Assembly (NCBI GenBank): GCA_944325345.1
Contig: CALUZV010000011.1
Coordinates: 24,920 to 88,919, forward strand
Length of the DNA: 64,000 bases
Direction: 5' to 3'
From: an uncultured Parabacteroides sp.
GTDB lineage: Bacteria; Bacteroidota; Bacteroidia; Bacteroidales; Tannerellaceae
Positions 28,300 through 36,448 of the stretch are shown one piece after another (positions within the stretch are counted from its first letter, which is position 1; every line of letters begins with the position of its first letter). The position numbers were made by a program, and so were the translations under genes. The notes below the pieces were generated by a model. It had not been told where the DNA came from. It searched no databases and saw only the letters and a list, made by a program, of their open reading frames with translations.

Positions 28300-28520
28300 T
28301 TAAAAAATCTACGACGGTGCATTTTTTTGGAAAAAAGAGCCGTCGTAGCCTACGACAGCCGATTTTTCTGGAAAAAAGCTCTGTCGTAGGGTACGACAGC
28401 CGATTTTTCTGGAAAAAAGCCCTGTCGTAGGGTACGACGACCGATTTTTCTGAAAAAAAGCCCTGTCGTAGGCTACGACAGCATTTCCTGGAAAAAGGAA
28501 GCACCGTCGTAGATTTTTAT
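28300..28520. repeat. 41-bp phased array of the dyad CTGTCGTA-SSS-TACGACAG alternating with TTTTTC-TG-GAAAAA
   Basis: TACGAC occurs at 28310/28351/28392/28433/28474. The array is bounded by an 18-bp perfect inverted repeat: AAAAATCTACGACGGTGC (28303-28320) and GCACCGTCGTAGATTTTT (28501-28518). Confidence 0.9.
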
Positions 28521-28579
28521 TTCCGATATTTGCACCCGAAATAACAACAAATATTCACATTTATCTAAAAACAAAGACA

Positions 28580-29275
28580 ATGATACCTATCACGATATCA
28601 GAAGAAATCCTGAACGTCTGCCCCTACCTGCACGTCCTCGCGGTGGCAGCCCGGGTGGTGAATACGCCGAGCAACCCGGAACTTTGGGACGAAATCCGTG
28701 CCGAGGAAGAGGAGATACGCGCGACGGTCGCGCTCGAAGAAATCAACAAGTGGCAACCCATCGCGGCGACGCGCGTGGCCTACCGATGCTTCGGCAAAGA
28801 CCCGAACCGCTATCGCCCGTCGGCGGAATCGCTGCTGCGGCGCGTAGTCAAAGGGCTGTCGCTCTACCGCATAGATACGGTGGTCGATTTGGTGAACCTC
28901 GTCTCGTTGCGCAGCGGATTTTCCATCGGGGGCTTCGATGCGGAGAAAATTGTGGGCGCGCTCCGCTTGGGCGTCGGCCGGCGGGGAGAGCCGTACTGCG
29001 GTATCGGTCGCGGCGAGCTGAACATCGAGGGGCTGCCGGTCTATCGCGACGCGGTGGGGGGCGTCGGGACGCCGACGAGCGACGAGGAGCGGACGAAGAT
29101 TTCCGGCACGACGCGCAGCCTGCTCCTGCTCATCAACGGCTACTCGGGGCGCGAGGGACTCTTCGACGCGGGCGACTACGCCGTCCGGCTCCTGCGCCGC
29201 TATGCCGAGGCGGAGGAGGTAGAAATGAGCCTGATTACCTCCGGGGGACAGGCCGAGATGCGTGTCCTGGACTAA
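28580..29275 (+). CDS. B3/B4 tRNA-binding-domain protein (PheT beta-subunit-related)
   Basis: 'RVAYRCFGKDPNRYRPSAESLLRRVVKG...VVDLVNLVSL' is typical of stand-alone B3_4 proteins. Confidence 0.7.
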   Translation: MIPITISEEILNVCPYLHVLAVAARVVNTPSNPELWDEIRAEEEEIRATVALEEINKWQPIAATRVAYRCFGKDPNRYRPSAESLLRRVVKGLSLYRIDTVVDLVNLVSLRSGFSIGGFDAEKIVGALRLGVGRRGEPYCGIGRGELNIEGLPVYRDAVGGVGTPTSDEERTKISGTTRSLLLLINGYSGREGLFDAGDYAVRLLRRYAEAEEVEMSLITSGGQAEMRVLD

Positions 29276-29396
29276 AAAAAGGCGATTTGAGGCAGAAAAA
29301 GGAGAAATTTTATTTTATATTTTTTTGTGATTCCGATTTAATCTTTAATTTTGCCGCGTTTAGAAGAAAGAATATCTAACTAAATATAGAGCAAAA

Positions 29397-29597
29397 ATGA
29401 TTGAGTTAATTGGGACAAATGCCGGAGTTGTTTGGAATGCATTGAACAACGGAGGCAAAATGACGCTCAAAGCGTTGAAGAAAGCGACGAAAATCAAAGC
29501 TGAGAAAGACATGTACGCAGCTTTGGGCTGGTTGGCGAAGGAAGGCAAGTTAGTTTTCGAAGAGACAGCCGGCGAGATGTATGTCTCTTTGGCCTAA
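29397..29597 (+). CDS. Small winged-helix-like protein (66 aa)
   Basis: 'NAGVVWNALNNGGKMTLKALKKATKI...ALGWLAKEGKLVF' fits a helix-turn-helix plus wing pattern. A TAATTTTG box lies upstream. Confidence 0.5.
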   Translation: MIELIGTNAGVVWNALNNGGKMTLKALKKATKIKAEKDMYAALGWLAKEGKLVFEETAGEMYVSLA

Positions 29598-29615
29598 AGC
29601 CGAAGAATTCTGGTT

Positions 29616-29725
29616 CACGCAGACGAAATGGCGGACGCGAAAGAAGCCGCCCCGGTGTAAACGATTTATTCCCAGCAGGGAGGCCGGGGGGCGCAGGGCG
29701 GGCGGTTTCATCTGCGTGTTTTTTT
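29616..29725 (+). terminator. About 110-nt GC-rich multi-stem element closed by a 13-bp stem and followed by T7 (terminator or small structured RNA)
   Basis: CACGCAGAcGAAA (29616-29628) pairs with TTTCaTCTGCGTG (29706-29718), followed by TTTTTTT. Inner stems are GGCGG/CCGCC and CCCCGG/CCGGGG. Confidence 0.4.
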
Positions 29726-29821
29726 ATGCCCACCCGCCGCGGAAGATTTTACCCGAAAAAATCCGCGAAGTCTTGGAGAATTGAAATCTATACCCTATTT
29801 TTGTGTACATTTTGTTGCAAG

Positions 29822-30115
29822 ATGACCGAAGAAGGAGAAAAGCTACTGGCCGTGTTCGAGGTGCGGGTCCGCGACCTAATCGCCTTGTGCGAAGCACGTA
29901 AACAACGGATAGCCGAGCTCGAAACCGCGCTGGCAGAGCGGGAAAAGGCCCTGCAGGAAGCGCTTGGCCGGATACGGGACTTGACGACGAGATGCGACAA
30001 CCTGCTGACGGCACGCGTCGTTTCCGTGAGCGAAAACGACATGAAAGCGGCCAAGTCGAGGGTGTCGAGACTGGTGCGGGAAGTAGATAAGTGCATTGCA
30101 CTATTGAATGAATAA
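29822..30115 (+). CDS. Coiled-coil protein upstream of zapA (function unknown)
   Basis: 97 aa with heptad-like 'RIAELETALAEREKALQEAL'. I chose the start at MTEEGEK. There is a 6-bp gap to zapA. Confidence 0.55.
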   Translation: MTEEGEKLLAVFEVRVRDLIALCEARKQRIAELETALAEREKALQEALGRIRDLTTRCDNLLTARVVSVSENDMKAAKSRVSRLVREVDKCIALLNE

Positions 30116-30121
30116 AAGTCG

Positions 30122-30421
30122 ATGGACGACAAATTTCTTATACATATAGAAATAGCCGGGAGGCGTTACCCGCTGACAATCCGGCGGTCCGACGAGGAAC
30201 GGGCCCGGAAAGCGGCGGCGCAGATCAACAGCAAGATGTTCCAGTACAGGCATGAATTATTTGAGAACGATGCGTCGGTGGACGCGATGGACTTGCTGGC
30301 GATGACGGCTTTCCAGCTGTCGTTCCGCAACCTCCGCTACGAGGAGGTGAACGAAACGACCCCTTTCGTGGAAAAAATCAGCGAGCTGAAGCAAGAGCTG
30401 GAAGACTACCTGAAAGGGTGA
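30122..30421 (+). CDS. zapA: Cell division protein ZapA
   Basis: 99 aa, 'IEIAGRRYPLTIRRSDEE', with a coiled-coil C-terminus. The position before rny fits the usual Bacteroidales order. Confidence 0.8.
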   Translation: MDDKFLIHIEIAGRRYPLTIRRSDEERARKAAAQINSKMFQYRHELFENDASVDAMDLLAMTAFQLSFRNLRYEEVNETTPFVEKISELKQELEDYLKG

Positions 30422-30531
30422 AATGTGGCTATCGACATACGGATTCTCCGCACTGCTGGGCGTGCCATGGGCGCGCAAAGGAGTGCTTTTTTTGTATCAT
30501 AAAATATAAACGACTAAAAATTATTAATTAA

Positions 30532-32067
30532 ATGGTGTTATACATAATCATATCCTTAGGAGCCTTCATAGTGGGGGGCTTGCTAACATGGTTTGTTTTA
30601 CGCTTCTTGGCAAGGTCTCGTTACGAATCCGTGCTCCGCGAGGCTGAAAAAGAAGCAGAAGTAATCAAAAAGAACAAGTTGCTGGAGGTGAAGGAGAAGT
30701 TCCTGCACCTGAAATCTGATTTGGAGAAGCAGGTTTCGCAGCGCCAGGCGAAAATCCAGTCCGTCGAAGCCAAATTGAAGCAGCGCGAAATGTCGCTGAA
30801 CCAGCGGCAGGACGAATTGCAGCGCAAAAATGCCGAGATCGAGGCGGTGAAGGAGAATCTCGCATCGCAGCTGGAATTGGTCGAGAAGAAAAAGGAAGAA
30901 CTGGACGTCTTGCACCAGCGCGAGATCGAACACCTCGAAACCCTCTCCGGCCTCTCCGCCGAGGAAGCGAAAGAGCGGCTTGTCGAATCGCTCCAAGACG
31001 AGGCCAAGGCGCAAGCGGCTTCTTTCATCAACGAAATCATGGAGGATGCGAAAATGACGGCCAACAAGGAGGCCAAGAAAATCGTCATCCAGTCTATCCA
31101 GCGAGTAGCGACGGAAACGGCCATCGAGAACTCGATTACCGTTTTCCATATCGACTCCGACGAAATCAAGGGCCGCATCATCGGACGCGAGGGCCGCAAT
31201 ATCCGGGCGCTCGAAGCTGCCACGGGAATCGAAATCGTGGTGGACGATACGCCCGAAGCTATCGTTCTCTCGGGCTTCGACCCTGTCCGCCGCGAGATTG
31301 CCCGCCTCGCCCTGCACCAGTTGGTACAAGACGGACGTATCCACCCGGCACGCATCGAGGAAATCGTAAACAAAGTGCGGAAGCAGGTGGAGGAAGAAGT
31401 AATCGAGACCGGGAAACGCACGGCAATCGATTTAGGTATCCACGGATTGCATCCTGAGCTTATCCGCCTTATCGGTAAGATGAAATACCGCTCGTCCTAC
31501 GGGCAGAACCTGTTGCAACATGCTCGCGAGACGGCGAACCTCTGTGCAGTCATGGCATCGGAGTTAGGTTTGAATCCGAAGAAGGCAAAACGCGCTGGCT
31601 TGCTCCACGATATCGGAAAAGTGCCCGACGACGAGCCGGAACTGCCGCACGCAATCTTGGGCATGAAGTTGTGCGAGAAGTACAAGGAAAAACCGGATAT
31701 TTGCAACGCGGTGGGCGCTCACCACGACGAGGTGGAGATGCAATCGCTGCTCGCCCCGATTGTCCAGGTCTGCGACGCGATTTCAGGGGCACGTCCGGGT
31801 GCACGCCGCGAAATTGTCGAGGCTTACATCAAGCGACTGAACGATTTGGAACAACTCGCCCTTTCTTATCCGGGCGTAGTGAAGACATACGCTATACAGG
31901 CGGGCCGCGAGCTTCGCGTCATCGTAGGCGCCGATAAAATTAGCGATAAGGATACGGAAAACTTGTCGAACGAGATCGCCAAGCGTATCCAGGACGAGAT
32001 GACTTATCCGGGGCAGGTGAAAATCACGGTTATCCGCGAAACCCGCGCCGTAAGTTATGCCAAATAG
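30532..32067 (+). CDS. rny: Ribonuclease Y
   Basis: N-terminal TM helix, coiled coil, KH domain '[15 protein letters not shown]', HD domain 'LLHDIGK'. Confidence 0.93.
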   Translation: MVLYIIISLGAFIVGGLLTWFVLRFLARSRYESVLREAEKEAEVIKKNKLLEVKEKFLHLKSDLEKQVSQRQAKIQSVEAKLKQREMSLNQRQDELQRKNAEIEAVKENLASQLELVEKKKEELDVLHQREIEHLETLSGLSAEEAKERLVESLQDEAKAQAASFINEIMEDAKMTANKEAKKIVIQSIQRVATETAIENSITVFHIDSDEIKGRIIGREGRNIRALEAATGIEIVVDDTPEAIVLSGFDPVRREIARLALHQLVQDGRIHPARIEEIVNKVRKQVEEEVIETGKRTAIDLGIHGLHPELIRLIGKMKYRSSYGQNLLQHARETANLCAVMASELGLNPKKAKRAGLLHDIGKVPDDEPELPHAILGMKLCEKYKEKPDICNAVGAHHDEVEMQSLLAPIVQVCDAISGARPGARREIVEAYIKRLNDLEQLALSYPGVVKTYAIQAGRELRVIVGADKISDKDTENLSNEIAKRIQDEMTYPGQVKITVIRETRAVSYAK

Positions 32068-32091
32068 TTTTGGTATTATGGGTTAGACGTG

Positions 32092-32127
32092 AGAGGGTGT
32101 GTCGAGAAAGATGCACCCTCTTTTTTA
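32092..32127 (+). terminator. Intrinsic terminator of rny
   Basis: AGAGGGTG-loop-CACCCTCT followed by TTTTT. Confidence 0.75.
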
Positions 32128-32184
32128 TCTTTTGCAAGTCTGATATTCAGATAGGATTACGAATTACTTAAATATAAATAGACC

Positions 32185-34230
32185 ATGAATAAATTAACAA
32201 CTTTTCTTTTGGCTTCGCTGGCTTCCGTGGCGATGGCGCAGGCCGGGAATGAATCGTCGGATGCGGTGTCCGGGAATTACCGGAATAATCGCCAACCGCT
32301 GTTGCAAAAAGAGTATATCGAGTTGCCCTTGGGCGCAATCAAGGCCGAAGGCTGGATGCAAGAGCAGTTGCTCCGGATGAAGAACGGGATGACGGGAAAC
32401 TTGGACCGGATTTACGAACCGGTGATGGGCTCGCGTAATGGCTGGCTCGGCGGCGACGGCGACGTGTGGGAACGCGGCCCGTATTGGATTGACGGCTTGC
32501 TTCCGCTTGCTTATATCCTGAATGACGAGGAACTGATAGCAAAAGTCAAACCCTGGGTGGAAAAAACCTTGGCTTCACAGAAACCGAACGGCTACTTCGG
32601 TCCGGATACCGACCGCGCGCCGGAACCCGGGTTGCAACGGGACAATGCGCACGATTGGTGGCCGAAGATGGTTATGCTGAAGGTTTTGCAGCAGTATTAT
32701 TCGGCTACGGAGGACGCGCGTGTCTTGGATTTCTTTACCAACTACTTCAAATACCAATTAACCGAATTACCGAAGACGCCGCTGGGGCATTGGACCTATT
32801 GGGGCGAACAGCGCGGCGGGGATAACCTGATGATGGTTTATTGGCTGTATAATATCACTGGCGACGCGTTTTTGTTGGACTTGGGCGAATTGATTCACCA
32901 GCAAACCTTCAATTGGACGGATATTTTCCTGAATCAAGACCATCTGAGCCGGCAGCATAGCCTCCACTGTGTCAATTTGGGGCAAGGCTTCAAAGAACCG
33001 GTCGTTTATTACCAGCAAAACAAAGATCCGAAGCAGATTGAAGCTGTTGAGAGCGCCGTCCGCCAAATCCATAACACGATAGGTTTGCCCACCGGACTTT
33101 GGGGCGGCGACGAGCTGTTGCGCTTCGGCAAGCCCACGGCAGGCTCGGAGTTGTGTACGGCCGTCGAAATGATGTATTCGCTGGAAGAAATCCTGGAAAT
33201 CACCGGCGACGTGCAGTGGGCGGATTATCTGGAGCGCGTGGCCTACAATGCTTTGCCGACACAGATAACGGACGATTATTCAGCCCGTCAATATTTCCAA
33301 CAGTTCAACCAGGTAGAGGTTTCCCGCGAATGGCGCGAGTTTTCTACGCCGCACGAGGATACGGATGTGGTTTTCGGTGTCCTGACGGGCTATCCGTGTT
33401 GTACGTCGAACCTGCATCAGGGCTGGCCTAAGTTCGTACAGAATTTATGGTATGCCACGGCGGATAATGGTGTTGCTGCGTTGGTTTATGCCCCCTCGAA
33501 TGTAACGGCAAAGGTGGCTAATGGAATAGAAGTACGGATTCAGGAACAGACCGCCTATCCGTTCGACGAAACCATCCGTTTCAACATCTCTTTTGCCGAC
33601 TCGAAAGCGAAAGAGGCCTTTTTCCCCTTCCATGTCCGTATCCCGGCATGGTGTGGACAACCTGTGCTGAAAGTGAACGGAAAACCGGTTGAGGCGGATG
33701 CCTATCCCGGACAAATCGCCCGTGTGAACCGAGCTTGGAAAGATGGCGACGTTTTGACGCTGGAACTTCCGATGCAAGTCGCCATCAGCCGCTGGTATGA
33801 TAACGGAGCGGTCGTGGAGCGTGGCCCGCTGCTCTATGCCTTGAAGATGGATGAAAAATGGGAGAAGAAAAAGATGGAGCCGGAGAAAGTCCGCGAATAC
33901 GGCGAATGGTATTACGAGGTAACCTCCGATACTCCTTGGAACTACGCCCTTCCCTCCAGTTCCTTTGCCCCGGAAAAAATCCAGACGGAATATGTGGTAG
34001 AGAAGGCTGCGCAGATAGCCGATTATCCCTGGAATGTGGAAAACGCGCCGATTACGATTAAGACAAAAGCCCGGCGGCTGAACAACTGGACCGTAGTCCG
34101 GGGTTCCGCCGGTCCGATAGCCTTTTTCACCGAGCAGGGCGATGATATGGGCGAAACGGAAACCATCGAATTGATTCCGTATGGTTGCACCACGCTCCGT
34201 ATTGCCGAGTTCCCCGTCCGTCGGTATTGA
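32185..34230 (+). CDS. GH127/DUF1680-type beta-L-arabinofuranosidase-like glycoside hydrolase (secreted)
   Basis: 681 aa with a signal peptide. 'SELCTAVE' and 'GYPCCTSN' match the Glu/Cys-Cys zinc and catalytic cysteine signatures of GH127-like enzymes. Confidence 0.65.
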   Translation: MNKLTTFLLASLASVAMAQAGNESSDAVSGNYRNNRQPLLQKEYIELPLGAIKAEGWMQEQLLRMKNGMTGNLDRIYEPVMGSRNGWLGGDGDVWERGPYWIDGLLPLAYILNDEELIAKVKPWVEKTLASQKPNGYFGPDTDRAPEPGLQRDNAHDWWPKMVMLKVLQQYYSATEDARVLDFFTNYFKYQLTELPKTPLGHWTYWGEQRGGDNLMMVYWLYNITGDAFLLDLGELIHQQTFNWTDIFLNQDHLSRQHSLHCVNLGQGFKEPVVYYQQNKDPKQIEAVESAVRQIHNTIGLPTGLWGGDELLRFGKPTAGSELCTAVEMMYSLEEILEITGDVQWADYLERVAYNALPTQITDDYSARQYFQQFNQVEVSREWREFSTPHEDTDVVFGVLTGYPCCTSNLHQGWPKFVQNLWYATADNGVAALVYAPSNVTAKVANGIEVRIQEQTAYPFDETIRFNISFADSKAKEAFFPFHVRIPAWCGQPVLKVNGKPVEADAYPGQIARVNRAWKDGDVLTLELPMQVAISRWYDNGAVVERGPLLYALKMDEKWEKKKMEPEKVREYGEWYYEVTSDTPWNYALPSSSFAPEKIQTEYVVEKAAQIADYPWNVENAPITIKTKARRLNNWTVVRGSAGPIAFFTEQGDDMGETETIELIPYGCTTLRIAEFPVRRY

Positions 34231-34238
34231 CAGACAAT

Positions 34239-34272
34239 AAAAAAGAGGGTGCTGTCCGGCACCCTCTTTTCT
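34239..34272. terminator. Bidirectional terminator
   Basis: AAAAGAGGGTGC-tgtcc-GGCACCCTCTTTT. Confidence 0.75.
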
Positions 34273-34274
34273 TT

Positions 34275-34481
34275 TCACCTGCTGACGTAGTATATCTCTT
34301 CCTCTTCGCGATTCTGTGTTATCAAGTTGTCTCGCATCAAGTTTGCGAGGGCGAGGCATAAATCCGTATTGCTCAGATGGCAGCCTCGTTGGAGTTCGTT
34401 AAAGGTACAGCGTGTAGAACGACAAAGCAGGTCGTACACCATCGTACTGTTCTGCTTGATGAAATCAAGATTGAAAGCCAT
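34275..34481 (-). CDS. Small winged-helix-like protein (68 aa), same size class as 29397..29597
   Basis: 'VYDLLCRSTRCTFNELQRGCHLSNTDLCLALANLMRDNLI' fits an HTH pattern. It is followed directly by a terminator. Confidence 0.4.
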   Translation of the reverse strand: MAFNLDFIKQNSTMVYDLLCRSTRCTFNELQRGCHLSNTDLCLALANLMRDNLITQNREEEEIYYVSR

Positions 34482-34657
34482 AATAAAAAGACCGTTTTAG
34501 TATTTCTGTTTTATAGGAAAACGCTTTCTGTCGTGTAAATGTTTTACGCGACTGACTTAAAAATTGTTCTAATTGGAATTTTTAAGGCCTGTTTACTTCC
34601 TTTGTTTGGAAAATATTCTGTTACTTCGCGTCGGTAATCAAACTTGGTTAGTTAGAT

Positions 34658-35548
34658 ATGGAAAGTATGTTAAATATAGGGACTTTAGAGAATGATGCTT
34701 TGCGGGAGGTGGCTATCTATTGCGATAACCATATCGCGTTGATTGAAAACATTCATAGCGTCGAATACGAAAAGGCTGTCCGTAGCGATGCCTTCATCAT
34801 GACCCTCTGCCTCGAAGGGAGCGGGACGGTCTATATCGACGGCACCTTGCATACGGTACGTGCCAACGAACTGCTGCTCTTCCGTCCCGGCATTGTCATC
34901 GAGCGGGGAAGCATCAGCGAACATAATAAATATCGTTGTGTCGTCTTATCGCGGGAATATATCCGGCAGATGTTCCTGGTTTCCAACAGCAGCTGGGATG
35001 TCCTCCAGTTCCTCCGCGAAAAGCCTGTCTTGCCGCTGACGGAGGATGAGGTACTTATTTTCAACAAATATTACGACTTGATTCGCACCAAGGCCACCCT
35101 TCCGCGCCGCCACAACCACCGCGAGGTGCTCGACGCGCTGATCTATGCCTTCGTCTGCGAGTTCCGCGATACGGTGGAGCGTTTCGTCCAGATCAAGCCG
35201 CCGGTCTATTCCGCAGGCGAGCGGCTGTTCAAGAATTTCCTCGAGGTGCTGGGCTCTTCGTTCCCGAAAGACCGGACGGTTATGTCTTACGCCGACCGGC
35301 TCCATATTACACCCAAATACCTTTCGTCTATCTGCAAGGAATTTAGCGGGAAAACGGCTTCCGACCTGATAGACGAGTCGGTCCTCAAGGATATCCGCTA
35401 TATGCTGGAGCGGAGCGACAAGTCGATTAAGGAAATCGCCAACGAACTGAATTTCCCCAACATCTCGTTCTTTGGGAAATACGTCAAGAAGCATACTGGC
35501 ATGTCCCCGAAGCAATATCGGGAGAATCTGAAACAGAAAGAAGCTTAA
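34658..35548 (+). CDS. AraC-family transcriptional regulator
   Basis: C-terminal dual HTH 'IKEIANELNFPNISFFGKYVKKHTGMSPKQYR' and an N-terminal cupin-like domain. Confidence 0.85.
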   Translation: MESMLNIGTLENDALREVAIYCDNHIALIENIHSVEYEKAVRSDAFIMTLCLEGSGTVYIDGTLHTVRANELLLFRPGIVIERGSISEHNKYRCVVLSREYIRQMFLVSNSSWDVLQFLREKPVLPLTEDEVLIFNKYYDLIRTKATLPRRHNHREVLDALIYAFVCEFRDTVERFVQIKPPVYSAGERLFKNFLEVLGSSFPKDRTVMSYADRLHITPKYLSSICKEFSGKTASDLIDESVLKDIRYMLERSDKSIKEIANELNFPNISFFGKYVKKHTGMSPKQYRENLKQKEA

Positions 35549-35560
35549 ATACAAAAATAT

Positions 35561-36031
35561 ATGGTCATTGAAATACATTATCTCGAAGTGTCGGCGGCCG
35601 GGCTGACTGCTGCCGACGCGCTCCTCCGCGAAGCCGCTTTGCAGGCCGCCGAGCGAGCCTATGCCCCTTATTCGGGTTTCCAAGTCGGCGCGGCGGCTTT
35701 GCTCGAAAACGGCGAGGTCGTTACGGGCTGCAACCAAGAGAATGCCGCTTCCCCCTCGGGACTATGTGCCGAGCGCGTGGCATTGTCCTATGCCGGTGCG
35801 CGTTATCCGGGCGTCCCGGTTTCGGCCTTGGCCATCATCGCGGTATCGGGCGGCGAAATCCGTCCACGCATCGCGCCCTGCGGCGCCTGCTGCCAGGTCT
35901 TGCTGGAGATGGAAAAACGCGGCGGCCGTCCGATGCGCATCCTGTTGTGCGGAAAAGAGACGGTGCGCATCCTGTCGTCCGTCTCGTCCCTCCTCCCGTT
36001 CTCGTTTACCGAGGAAGATTTGGAGATTTGA
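35561..36031 (+). CDS. cdd: Cytidine deaminase
   Basis: Zinc motifs 'CAER' and 'PCGACCQ'; 156 aa. Confidence 0.85.
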   Translation: MVIEIHYLEVSAAGLTAADALLREAALQAAERAYAPYSGFQVGAAALLENGEVVTGCNQENAASPSGLCAERVALSYAGARYPGVPVSALAIIAVSGGEIRPRIAPCGACCQVLLEMEKRGGRPMRILLCGKETVRILSSVSSLLPFSFTEEDLEI

Positions 36032-36034
36032 GGT

Positions 36035-36400
36035 AAACATACCCCTATGTTTGGCACTTTCCCATCCGGAAGTATCAAACATAGGGGTATGTTTTGCCCT
36101 TTCCCGTCCGGAAGTGCCAAACATAGGGGTATGTTTGGGGGAAAAGATGGTGTGGTTAGCCAAACCCAGGGGTGGATTTGGCACTTTTAAACCGGAAAGT
36201 ATCAAACCCAGGGGTGGATTTGGCACTTTTGAACCGGAAAGTATCAAACCCAGGGGTGGTTTTGGTACTTTTGAACTGGAAAGTGCCAAACCCAGGGGTG
36301 GATTTGGCACTTTTGGATTGGAAAGTACCAAACCCAGGGGTGGATTTGGCACTTTTGAATTGGAAAATAACAAACCCACCCCTGGGTTTGGCACTTCGGC
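36035..36400. repeat. 42-bp phased hairpin array with two subfamilies (CAAACATA-GGGG-TATGTTTG x3, CCAAAcCCA-GGGG-TGGaTTTGG x6)
   Basis: CAAACATA occurs at 36076/36118. CAAACCC occurs at 36161/36203/36245/36287/36329/36371. The first and last units carry the loop as CCCC, i.e. flipped. Confidence 0.9.
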
Positions 36401-36448
36401 GTTCCGGCCGGCCATTTCCAGGGGTGGGTTTCCTTCGTCGCCTACGGA

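Noticed and set aside
30422-30531. Possible 6S RNA (ssrS) downstream of zapA, by analogy with the E. coli zapA-ssrS arrangement.
   Set aside because: The gap is only 110 nt, which is too short for a 6S RNA of about 180 nt. It contains just one GCACT...AGTGC hairpin plus a T-run, which looks like a zapA terminator or attenuator.
36035-36400. The regularly spaced dyads here, and at 14770, 28300, 44543 and 52870, could be read as CRISPR arrays.
   Set aside because: The unit length is only 23-43 bp. The 'spacers' between dyads are near-identical within an array rather than unique. No cas genes or leader-like region occur in the window.
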